Source of the DNA: an archaeon | GTDB taxonomy: Archaea; Asgardarchaeota; Thorarchaeia; Thorarchaeales; Thorarchaeaceae | Length of the DNA: 32,000 nt | NCBI GenBank assembly: GCA_024275415.1 | Contig: JAJRZD010000053.1 | Coordinates: 1-32,000 of the forward strand | Direction of reading: 5' to 3' | In this document: positions 1-8,975 of the stretch, piece after piece | Layout: the number at the start of each line of letters is the position of its first letter | Numbering within the stretch: the stretch's first letter is position 1 | The notes under the pieces: model-generated | Database searches by the model: none | Told to the model about the DNA's origin: nothing | Seen by the model: the letters and a program-made list of their open reading frames with translations, nothing else | Position numbers and translations under genes: made by a program

Positions 1-129
1 CCTACCGAAACGTTTCTGATTAGTCCTCATAATTCCCGTATTTATCAGATCTAGGAAAGTCCGAGCGTGGCGACCGAGTCCAACCCTCCTATAATGTTTC
101 TCTCGTGAACGAAATCAGGAAGATATCCT

Positions 130-1596
130 TTACAAGTATCCCACCAAGTGACTTGCAATTTGATAAGACATATGTACCGGCACTGCGTTTCCTATTAGCC
201 TGTATTTGGTCGCAGTAGAACCCGGAAGAATCCAGTCATCTGGGAAGCCTTGAATTCTTTTATATTCTTCAATACTTAGAGGTCTTGGTTCTTCGGGATG
301 AACAAGCATCGAACCTTTTTGAGCTGGAGATGTTACCAGAGTCGGTGAAGGTTCATCCCACGATAGTCTTCTATAGAATCCCATTTTTCCCCCTCCAGAG
401 TTATATGCTCCCCCCATCGCCTGTCGGATTGAATCCTTTGGAAGATGCCTCCAATTTCCCCCTGGCGGGATTAATATCATGTACCCACATCTATTTTCTG
501 AAAGCTTTAGGTACTCGGGTTTGTTCTTGTGCAAGTCGGTTACGGCTTCCCAAAATGAAACCCACGGTTTTGTACTCTCATCAAACAGAGTTTCTTGCTT
601 CCAATTCGATCCCCCTGCATTCGGGGTATTCGAATGAGTCGGTTTTGGCATTGGTAGGAGATCACTCTTACATCCAATAATAATCACCCTCCGTCGTTCT
701 TGGGGCGTTCCAAAATCTGCAGCATTTAGGACATCATACCGAATGTGATATCCGGTGCTATTCAACATCTCTAGTACAATTTTGAACACCGACCCCTTCT
801 CCTCGTCTGGTAGCAATTTTCGACCATTCCTTTCAGAAATCGGTACATGTTTCAGCCGAGATGAAAGAATCCCTGTCACTTCTTCGATTACGAAGATTTT
901 TGGTTGAAGGTCATTGATCGCCCTTATAAACTCCTTAAGGGGTGATGAACGAGGGTCGCTAAACCCTTTTCGTTTTCCTGCAGTCGAAAATGGTTGGCAT
1001 GGCTGACCACCTGTAAGAACATCGATCTCTCCCACATCCAGTCCGGTTTCACTAAGTATTTTGTTTGAAGAAACCGTTGCAAAATCATTCAATACAAATG
1101 GTATATCTGGTAAGTTGTTCTCAAGTGTCATGCGAGAATAATCATCGATATCAGTAGCGAGTTTAATATCGAAACCTGCAGCCAGAAATCCCAAATCCAG
1201 GCCCAGTGCACCTGAGAATAAGGACACGACATTGTATCCATTAGTCTTGAATTTCCTAAGTTCCTGTATTGGTGGAGGTGCGATTGGTCTGTCAAGGTTC
1301 TTTCGTTCAATACCTCCCTGATGCTCGTCCCAAACTTTTCTCACCCTATCAATAAGAGTAGAAAAATCGTCCGGTGTTTCTTTTGCTTCGACAAGAGCTT
1401 CTTCAAAGGCATTGATGTGGCAGCAAGGCAATTTCTCGCCTGCTTCAACCCGTTCCCTCTCGTATATCCAAGTCTTTAGCCCTACAAACGCCCTGATATG
1501 CCCCTTTGATTTGTTTTTTGATTGCTGTAATTGGTAATATTCCTCTTTCAGAGTTTGATAACGGCTTATGCATTCATTCATACTTCCATCAACCAT
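130..1596 (-). CDS. DNA (cytosine-5)-methyltransferase with ~115-aa N-terminal extension
   Basis: Motif I FSGALGLDLG, motif IV GGQPCQPFS (catalytic PC), motif VI variant IEEV, motif VIII QERRRV, motif IX RPLSIEEYKRIQGFPDDW, motif X GNAVP. TRD region GGKMGFYRRLSWDEPSPTLVT resembles GGNCC/GGWCC-type MTases (from recall). Confidence 0.95.
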   Translation of the reverse strand: MVDGSMNECISRYQTLKEEYYQLQQSKNKSKGHIRAFVGLKTWIYERERVEAGEKLPCCHINAFEEALVEAKETPDDFSTLIDRVRKVWDEHQGGIERKNLDRPIAPPPIQELRKFKTNGYNVVSLFSGALGLDLGFLAAGFDIKLATDIDDYSRMTLENNLPDIPFVLNDFATVSSNKILSETGLDVGEIDVLTGGQPCQPFSTAGKRKGFSDPRSSPLKEFIRAINDLQPKIFVIEEVTGILSSRLKHVPISERNGRKLLPDEEKGSVFKIVLEMLNSTGYHIRYDVLNAADFGTPQERRRVIIIGCKSDLLPMPKPTHSNTPNAGGSNWKQETLFDESTKPWVSFWEAVTDLHKNKPEYLKLSENRCGYMILIPPGGNWRHLPKDSIRQAMGGAYNSGGGKMGFYRRLSWDEPSPTLVTSPAQKGSMLVHPEEPRPLSIEEYKRIQGFPDDWILPGSTATKYRLIGNAVPVHMSYQIASHLVGYL

Positions 1597-1781
1597 ATTT
1601 CCAACTAACAGCGCATTAATGGTTACATACCATTTCCGTGAGTGGTTTCTGATGCCTTTTTGTTTCTATCGAATTTACCAATCATTTTTGTGTTTGTGAG
1701 TTAATAAATCCGTGGAACGAACTATCAGGAATTTAAGGGGCATCCCTTTTATCATTCATCCTGCTTCATTCAAATAAAGTA

Positions 1782-2483
1782 TTGGAGTTATCCGATGTGG
1801 AGATTGATCATCCCGTTCAAGAAGCATCTCGGAGAAAAGAAGACTTTGTATCTAGCATTCTTGAGTGGTCTAAGGACAACCTTCGTTCTTTTCCCTGGAG
1901 AGAAAATCCAACCCCCTATTCGGTATTGGTTGCTGAGATACTGCTTAGAAGAACTACTGCTACAGCTGTAAGCCGGATTTTCCCTCTATTCATGGAAACA
2001 TATCCGAGTCTGGAATCTTTATCTAAGGCTGCCCCTACCGAACTAGAATCTATGCTTTCTACAATAGGCTATCAGAAAAAGAGAGCAGCTATCTTGAACA
2101 CTGTCGCAGCTTATATCTTGAAGGAGTTTCAAACTGTCCCTTCTACGAAAGAGGATTTACTCCAAATCCCTCATGTAGGGCACTATACAGCTGGAGCGAT
2201 ACTTTCCATTGGTTATGGAATACCATCAGGAATGGTAGACTCTAACGTTGAGAGGATTTTTAGAAGATACTTCTGCAATGTCGTTGCCAATACAGGGAGG
2301 TTTTCATTACTTCGAAAAATAGCCGACCTTCTTGTCCCCCAAAAAAACCATACAAACTATAACTATGCCCTTCTAGATATTGGAGCATTGATTTGCAAAT
2401 ACGGCCGCCCTAGATGCGAAGTATGCCCATTGAAAAGAACTTGTGACCATTTCACATGTAATTGTCCTTCTAACAATTTATAA
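1782..2483 (+). CDS. mig: HhH-GPD [4Fe-4S] DNA glycosylase, Mig-like T:G mismatch thymine glycosylase
   Basis: FPWR, EILLRRTTA (Mig-type rather than MutY QQT), HhH IPHVGHYTA with Tyr where EndoIII has Lys, MVDSN, and Cys-x6-Cys-x2-Cys-x5-Cys (CKYGRPRCEVCPLKRTC). TTG start; adjacent to a C5-MTase. Confidence 0.85.
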   Translation: MELSDVEIDHPVQEASRRKEDFVSSILEWSKDNLRSFPWRENPTPYSVLVAEILLRRTTATAVSRIFPLFMETYPSLESLSKAAPTELESMLSTIGYQKKRAAILNTVAAYILKEFQTVPSTKEDLLQIPHVGHYTAGAILSIGYGIPSGMVDSNVERIFRRYFCNVVANTGRFSLLRKIADLLVPQKNHTNYNYALLDIGALICKYGRPRCEVCPLKRTCDHFTCNCPSNNL

Positions 2484-2530
2484 AGAACGAATTTGTCATC
2501 CGAGCGTCTGTGGAGTCTTGGTTGTAGGAG

Positions 2531-3499
2531 ATGATGTTATTGGATTCGGAACTGTCGGATCTGGAATTTGAATATCTTACCGAGGTACTAATGGATATTA
2601 ATGGAATTGCCAAACACAAGGCTGGAAAAATCATTACGTTGAGAGATTCCTTCTGTGGTTTTAATAACATAACTGAAAATGAGTTGAACGAGATACAATC
2701 ACTCTCATCCGAGCAGGTCATGGAAGTAATCACTGTCCTACAGAGTATTGATTTCGATAGTGGTGTAGAAATCCTGTTCACTAAAAGGCGGTTGGAACTG
2801 TTCCTGAGGAACCAGTTCAGACGTCTTAATAGGCTGACTCTTGATTCGTTTGACATCAATATGTTCTTGATCAAAGCTCTAGGATTCACAACAGCGGAAG
2901 AAGCAATCGAGTTCTATTTGTACCAACGGATAACTCGTTCAGCTGTCACCTCGTGGGGACAAAAAACGATTGAAGACATTTGTATTCTTGCGGGGGCTGA
3001 AAAAATCCCTTCTGCTGACAATGTGGGCGTATCTGGAAAAAACTTTGACTTGAAAAAAGTGACGCCTGAAAAGACATATTATATCCAAGTAAAATCAGGC
3101 CCCAACACTATGAACATTGGAATGGTTCAATCACTTAATGATATGATAAACAAAATCGAAAGGAATCAGGAAAATGTTACGGGAATACTTGGCATGACCT
3201 ATGGGGAAAGATCTCAGATTTCATCACAGATTATGGGTGCTCTTGATGATGCAGAGAGCCGTGCAAAAATCGGAAAGGAGTTCTGGGCGCTTCTTTCCGG
3301 AAGAGATACATATTATACTGAATTGATTGAACTGATTGATAACATATCACATAATGACACAAATGGCTACAACATGACTTTTCTTGAAGCTGTGGTTCAG
3401 AAAAAACAAGAATTAGAGGCGGAATGGGAAGAAAAGTATGGGTCTCTAGGATCATCCGGACTAGATGCTTATGTTCAGAGCTTGATAGACGGAGCCTGA
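2531..3499 (+). CDS. Putative type II restriction endonuclease (PD-(D/E)xK, EcoO109I/TdeIII-like) with N-terminal HhH-like domain
   Basis: FDL...YIQVKSGPNTMN catalytic-type motif, upstream INMFL...RSAVTSWG helix, location beside a C5-MTase, AGGAG just upstream of the ATG. Confidence 0.7.
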   Translation: MMLLDSELSDLEFEYLTEVLMDINGIAKHKAGKIITLRDSFCGFNNITENELNEIQSLSSEQVMEVITVLQSIDFDSGVEILFTKRRLELFLRNQFRRLNRLTLDSFDINMFLIKALGFTTAEEAIEFYLYQRITRSAVTSWGQKTIEDICILAGAEKIPSADNVGVSGKNFDLKKVTPEKTYYIQVKSGPNTMNIGMVQSLNDMINKIERNQENVTGILGMTYGERSQISSQIMGALDDAESRAKIGKEFWALLSGRDTYYTELIELIDNISHNDTNGYNMTFLEAVVQKKQELEAEWEEKYGSLGSSGLDAYVQSLIDGA

Positions 3500-4083
3500 T
3501 AACCCCTGAGATGTCAAATTTTTGCGTCCTAAAGTGAGCAATTTCATGTGGTCTGAAATCAAGTGAGATAATGAAACAAAATATCTTGTGAAGAATGCAG
3601 CAGACTTGATTAGCATACGAAATATGTCGTGTTTTGCAACCATTGTATCCCCCTGACATATCATCTTTCATAGCTCATTGTTGAAAGGCGCTCTGTCAGC
3701 AGTTCTACTAGCATTAAGAGCTGCAATGGTAACTCATGGCATTGCATCCTTCTTTTGCTTTTACAGACTCGACCCCTTACTCGACAATAATGTGAGAATA
3801 TTGCATCTGTTCACCCGAAATCGTATCTGTATCAATCAATTGACTTGTCCACAATCCACCTCGATTAACCATATTCGGAAACTGGCTCGGAACCCACGAG
3901 CTATAGAAACAAGTACGCCTTCTGCGACGACAGTGATACTTTCAGCGACCTCTCCAGGTAGCTTGTGTGCCTTTCACAAGACAGTCGTACAGCATAATCT
4001 ACTAGTGTTCATCCTTTGCTCAATGTCCGCACCATAAAGGTTACTTGGAGAGAGCCGAGAGCAACCGTATCCGAGGCAGGGTC

Positions 4084-6069
4084 ATGTCAGAGTTCAGGCT
4101 AGAAGCACCGTTCAAACCCACAGGCGACCAACCGCAGGCCATCGTCAAGCTCGTCGAAGGACTAGAGGCGGGTCTCGACCACCAGACCCTCCTCGGCGTC
4201 ACTGGCTCCGGCAAGACCTTCACCATGGCAAACGTCATCGAGCGCTACAATCACCCGACCCTCGTCATCTCACACAACAAGACCCTCGCCGCCCAACTCG
4301 CCTCCGAGTACAAGCAGTTCTTCCCACTCAATGCCGTCGAGTACTTCGTTTCCTACTACGATTACTACCAGCCAGAGGCCTACGTACCCAGCAAGGACAT
4401 GTACATTGAGAAGGAGGTGGACATCAATGCGGAGATTGAGCGGTTGCGGCACTCGGCGACTAACTCACTGCGGACGCGCCGGGATGTGATAGTGGTGGCG
4501 TCGGTGTCATGTATCTACGGAGTGGGGAACCCGGACGAGTACGACCACTTCCGTATGTACCTTGAGGTGGGGATGGATATTGACCGGCGCGAGATACTGG
4601 AGAGGCTGGTGGCGATGCAGTATCAGCGGAACGACATGGAGATTCGCCCTGGGGTATTTCGAGTGCGAGGGGATGTCATCGATGTCTATCCTGCAGCGTC
4701 AGAGAACAGCATCAGGATCGAGTTGGATGGGGAGCGGATAGAGAGGATATCGACGCTGGAAGCACTGACAGGGAAGCGACTGTGGCAGAACGACTGGACG
4801 GAGCTCTTTCCAGCAAGACACCATGTGGCGCGGTACGAGACCATCCTTGAGGCGCTAGAACCGATACGGCAGGAGATGGAGGAACGTGTGGAGTGGTTCA
4901 AGAAGCAGGGGAAGCTGGTCGAAGCGGATCGGCTTCGGCGACGGACACTTTTCGACCTTGAGATGCTGCGTGAAACGGGTCACTGTACAGGGATAGAGAA
5001 CTACTCTCGATGGATTGATGGAAGATCTCCTGGCCAGAAGCCTTACACCCTACTTGATTATTTTCCGGATGATTTCCTGATGATAATTGATGAGAGTCAC
5101 ATGACAGTCCCCCAGATACGTGGCATGTACCATGGTGATCAAGCCCGAAAGAAGAACCTTGTTGACTATGGGTTCAGGTTGCCATCCGCTCTTGATAACC
5201 GTCCCCTCACATTTGACGAGTTCGAGGAATACATGAAACGGGTCATCTACACGAGTGCTACGCCTGGCTCCTACGAACGGCAGCATAGCAAACAGATCGT
5301 GGAGCAGCTTCTTCGACCCACCGGACTTCTTGACCCGTACATCACCGTCAGACCGATAAAGAACCAGATAGACGACCTTATCTCCGAGATTAGAGTCACA
5401 GAAGGTCAGGGCCACCGGATACTAGTCACCACCTTGACAAAGAAGACTGCGGAGATGCTCACAGAGTACCTTGTGGAGAATGGTCTGCGTGCTCGTTACC
5501 TGCACTCAGACATTGGGACTGTGGAGCGGATAGAGATCATCCGCCAGTTACGACAGGGCAAGTTCGATGTGCTAGTGGGAATCAACCTTCTCCGTGAGGG
5601 GCTCGACCTACCTGAAGTAGGGCTTGTCGCAATAATGGATGCTGACAAAGAAGGATTCCTTCGGACTGATTGGGCACTCATTCAGACCATGGGTCGTGCG
5701 GCACGAAACGCAGATGGTCGAGTGATTCTCTATGCAGACCATACCTCGGCCGCGATGCAGAAGGCAATTGATGAAACGAACCGGAGGAGGGCATACCAGA
5801 TCAAGTACAACAAGGCACATGGGATTACTCCAACGAGCATATCAAAGCATGTGCACGATATTGCCATAGGCATCAAAACAAAGGAGTTGCAGGAGCAGAG
5901 CACCCTTGAGGAATTCGACCCTCTAGAGGTCGAGGAGCTTCTAGACTACATAGTCAACTTGGAAGAGATGATGAAGGAAGCAGCCAGCAATCTCGAATTT
6001 GAGAAGGCTGCCAAGCTCAGGGATCAGATTGTCGAACTACGAAAGAGAATCGAGGACAGTGCGACATGA
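4084..6069 (+). CDS. uvrB: Excinuclease ABC subunit B
   Basis: Walker A GVTGSGKT, beta-hairpin FVSYYDYYQPEAY, DESH, INLLREGLDLPEV, QTMGRAARN, C-terminal UVR coil. Start set to ATG 4084 (MSEFRL) rather than TTG 4045. Confidence 0.98.
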   Translation: MSEFRLEAPFKPTGDQPQAIVKLVEGLEAGLDHQTLLGVTGSGKTFTMANVIERYNHPTLVISHNKTLAAQLASEYKQFFPLNAVEYFVSYYDYYQPEAYVPSKDMYIEKEVDINAEIERLRHSATNSLRTRRDVIVVASVSCIYGVGNPDEYDHFRMYLEVGMDIDRREILERLVAMQYQRNDMEIRPGVFRVRGDVIDVYPAASENSIRIELDGERIERISTLEALTGKRLWQNDWTELFPARHHVARYETILEALEPIRQEMEERVEWFKKQGKLVEADRLRRRTLFDLEMLRETGHCTGIENYSRWIDGRSPGQKPYTLLDYFPDDFLMIIDESHMTVPQIRGMYHGDQARKKNLVDYGFRLPSALDNRPLTFDEFEEYMKRVIYTSATPGSYERQHSKQIVEQLLRPTGLLDPYITVRPIKNQIDDLISEIRVTEGQGHRILVTTLTKKTAEMLTEYLVENGLRARYLHSDIGTVERIEIIRQLRQGKFDVLVGINLLREGLDLPEVGLVAIMDADKEGFLRTDWALIQTMGRAARNADGRVILYADHTSAAMQKAIDETNRRRAYQIKYNKAHGITPTSISKHVHDIAIGIKTKELQEQSTLEEFDPLEVEELLDYIVNLEEMMKEAASNLEFEKAAKLRDQIVELRKRIEDSAT

Positions 6070-8975
6070 AGGCTGCAAAGAAACCAATTCCGGATGCGGG
6101 CTCTGAGGGGCCAAAATCAATAATCGTGCTTGGCGCTGCGGAAAATAACCTGCGCAACATCAACGTCGAGATTCCGAAGAATAGTTTGACTGTCGTCACC
6201 GGAGTTTCTGGTAGTGGGAAAAGCTCCCTCGTATTCGATACGATATTCGCTGAAGGGCAACGACGGTTTGTCGAGAGTCTTTCGGCGTATGCCCGTCAGT
6301 TCCTTGGGATGCTTGAGAAGCCGAAGGTTGACTTCATGTCAGGACTCTCTCCATCCATATCAATAGATCAGAAAAGCGTAGGGCGGAACCCACGATCCAC
6401 TGTTGGCACAATCACTGAGATTTACGATTTCTTGCGACTCCTATATGCCCGTGTTGGTGAGCCCCATTGTCCCTCTTGTGGAAAGAAGATAGAGCCCCAG
6501 ACCGCCCAGCAGATTGTTGATCGAGTCCTCAAGCTAGGTGAGGGGACTCGCATCATGATCATGGCTCCAATAGTGAGGGGTAGAAAGGGCGAGTATCGAA
6601 AGGAGTTCAGAGACCTTGCCAGAAAGGGGTTCATCAGGGCAAGGGTAGACGGCGAACTTATTGACATAGAGGAAGGACTCTCACTCGACAGGTACTTCGA
6701 GCATACAATCGAGGTGGTGCTAGACAGGCTTCGAGTCAACGAGTCCACACGAGGACGGGTCGCTGAAGCTGTGGAACTTGCTTTGAACATGGCAGATGGT
6801 GTTGTCACCATTGTTGCAGATGGAAAGGAAATCACACTCTCGGAGAAGTTTGCATGTGTTGACTGCGGCATCAGCTTGCCTGAGATGGAGCCAAGGATTT
6901 TTTCATGGAACACCCCACAAGGCGCCTGTGAGGTCTGTACCGGTCTGGGAACGGTGAGAGAGTTTGACCCTGACCTTTTCATCAAAGACCCCAACCTCTC
7001 CATTAAGGAGGGTCTCTTCCTTACGGATGAGTGGATGACCAGACGGATGGTCGATGGCAGGTACGATGAGATTCTCCAGCGATACGGGTTAACAGTCGAT
7101 ACTCCTTGGAATGAGATGACCGAGGAACAAAAGCACCTCTTGCTCTGGGGCTCAGGTGACGAACTCTTCGAATTCACATGGAACGGGGAAAATGAGGAGA
7201 TCTTTGCTCAATGGAAGGGCACTTTCAAGAGACCCTTCGAAGGATGGGTAGAGAGGTCGAAGCGCCTATACAGACAGACTCGTTCTGATTATCGAAGGAA
7301 ACAGATTGAGAAGTTCATGTCCGAACAGACCTGTCCTGTATGTAATGGCGGTAGACTTCGAAAGGAGGCATTGGCTGTTACCTTCAACGGTCGTAGCATC
7401 GACGAACTTGATGGGATGTCTATAAAGGAGTTAAGGGCGTTCTTCGACTCCGCAAAGGTCGACCCTCGTCTTGAGCCCGTTGCATTACCAATCCTTCGTG
7501 AGATCCAAGGACGGATAGGGTTCCTTGAAGAGGTAGGTCTCGATTATCTTACCCTCAACAGGACTGCACCCACGCTGGCAGGCGGGGAGGCACAGCGTAT
7601 CCGTCTTGCAAGCCAGATTGGATCGAACCTTGTAGGCGTGACCTATGTGTGCGATGAGCCATCCATCGGTCTTCACGCACGGGACAACATCAGGCTACTT
7701 AATTCACTGAAGCGACTACGTGATGCTGGGAACACTGTGCTTGTTGTGGAGCATGACGAGGAAACGATGTTCAACGCGGACTACATCGTGGATCTCGGCC
7801 CTGGTGCTGGCTCGGAAGGAGGCGATGTGGTGGCCGCGGGAACACTTGAGGAGGTCTTGAAGTCAGAGCATTCATTGACTGCCAAGTTCCTCCGTGGTGA
7901 AGAGCAGATTCCAGTACCCAAGGAACGGCGGAAGCCCAATGGTCGGTGCCTTGTGATCAAAGGGGCTCGGCACCACAACCTCAAGAACATAGATGTCAAG
8001 ATACCATTAGGACTGTTCATCGCTGTCACTGGTGTATCCGGGAGTGGCAAATCAAGCCTTATTGTCGAAACATTGCAACGAGCGTTGGCAAGACGTTTCC
8101 ATAGGGCTGAGGAAACACCAGGTGCGCACGATTACATCGAAGGAGTTGACCAGCTCGATAAGGTGATTGTCATCGACCAGAGTCCTATTGGTAGGACACC
8201 TCGCTCAAACCCTGCGACCTATGTTGGTCTGTGGACGCCTCTCCGCGAGCTCTTCGCGTCCCTCCCTGAGTCCAAGATTCGTGGCTACAAGCCCGGACGG
8301 TTCAGTTTCAATGTCAAGGGTGGACGGTGCGAGAAGTGTCGTGGTGCAGGTGTCGATGTCATAGAGATGCAATTCCTTCCGCCTGTTCAGGTGACCTGTA
8401 GCGATTGCAAAGGCAGGAGGTACAACCGAGAGACCTTGCAGGTTCGTTACAAGGGGAAGAACATTGCCGATGTCCTATCGATGCGTATCGATGAGGCAGT
8501 TGAGTTCTTTGAGGGAATCCCCAGCATCTACAGGCGTTTGAAGACCCTCTGTGATGTCGGTATGGGCTATGTCCAGCTCGGCCAGCCAGCAACGACACTG
8601 AGCGGAGGCGAGGCTCAGCGGATCAAGCTGAGCAAGTTCCTCTCACGTCCTGCAACTGGACAGACTCTTCTTTTGTTGGATGAACCTACGACTGGTCTTC
8701 ATTTCGCGGACATCAAGAAGCTTCTCGAAGTCCTACACCAGTTGGTGGATCTTGGGAATACAGTGCTGGTTATCGAACACCAACTGGATGTGGTGAAGAC
8801 TGCGGACTGGGTCATTGACCTTGGGCCGGAGGGTGGCGACGAAGGAGGCTATCTTGTTGCTGAAGGAACCCCTGAACATATCACTACTGTCCCACAATCA
8901 TATACTGGGCGATACCTCAAGGAGTTGCTGGAGCCCAATAGAGCAAAACATGCCGGAGGTCGGGATAAAGAATGA
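6066..8975 (+). CDS. uvrA: Excinuclease ABC subunit A, copy 1
   Basis: Two Walker A GVSGSGKS, signatures LAGGEAQR and [16 protein letters not shown] and DEPTTGLH, Zn modules, UvrB-binding region. ATGA overlap with uvrB. Confidence 0.97.
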   Translation: MKAAKKPIPDAGSEGPKSIIVLGAAENNLRNINVEIPKNSLTVVTGVSGSGKSSLVFDTIFAEGQRRFVESLSAYARQFLGMLEKPKVDFMSGLSPSISIDQKSVGRNPRSTVGTITEIYDFLRLLYARVGEPHCPSCGKKIEPQTAQQIVDRVLKLGEGTRIMIMAPIVRGRKGEYRKEFRDLARKGFIRARVDGELIDIEEGLSLDRYFEHTIEVVLDRLRVNESTRGRVAEAVELALNMADGVVTIVADGKEITLSEKFACVDCGISLPEMEPRIFSWNTPQGACEVCTGLGTVREFDPDLFIKDPNLSIKEGLFLTDEWMTRRMVDGRYDEILQRYGLTVDTPWNEMTEEQKHLLLWGSGDELFEFTWNGENEEIFAQWKGTFKRPFEGWVERSKRLYRQTRSDYRRKQIEKFMSEQTCPVCNGGRLRKEALAVTFNGRSIDELDGMSIKELRAFFDSAKVDPRLEPVALPILREIQGRIGFLEEVGLDYLTLNRTAPTLAGGEAQRIRLASQIGSNLVGVTYVCDEPSIGLHARDNIRLLNSLKRLRDAGNTVLVVEHDEETMFNADYIVDLGPGAGSEGGDVVAAGTLEEVLKSEHSLTAKFLRGEEQIPVPKERRKPNGRCLVIKGARHHNLKNIDVKIPLGLFIAVTGVSGSGKSSLIVETLQRALARRFHRAEETPGAHDYIEGVDQLDKVIVIDQSPIGRTPRSNPATYVGLWTPLRELFASLPESKIRGYKPGRFSFNVKGGRCEKCRGAGVDVIEMQFLPPVQVTCSDCKGRRYNRETLQVRYKGKNIADVLSMRIDEAVEFFEGIPSIYRRLKTLCDVGMGYVQLGQPATTLSGGEAQRIKLSKFLSRPATGQTLLLLDEPTTGLHFADIKKLLEVLHQLVDLGNTVLVIEHQLDVVKTADWVIDLGPEGGDEGGYLVAEGTPEHITTVPQSYTGRYLKELLEPNRAKHAGGRDKE

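Noticed and set aside
1-30. Possible minus-strand gene start MRTNQKRFGR running off the window
   Set aside because: Only 10 codons are visible, so it cannot be supported.
53-225. AGGAAAGTCC (53-62) and AGAACCCGG (217-225) resemble the RNase P RNA P4 strands
   Set aside because: The second motif is antisense to MTase codons (LPGST), the spacing is short and I see no supporting helices; treated as coincidence.
3500-4044. ORFs 3678-4037 (+), 3461-3664 (-), 3231-3671 (-) and a TGCAATG-N11-CATTGCA inverted repeat (3722-3746)
   Set aside because: No recognisable motifs, minus-strand frames are broken by stops, and a single 7-bp inverted repeat is expected by chance. No att site or tRNA seen.
7576-7590. 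LAGGE signature in UvrA copy 1 as proof of a dead ATPase site
   Set aside because: An S-to-A change at this position may occur in functional UvrAs; kept only as supporting asymmetry.
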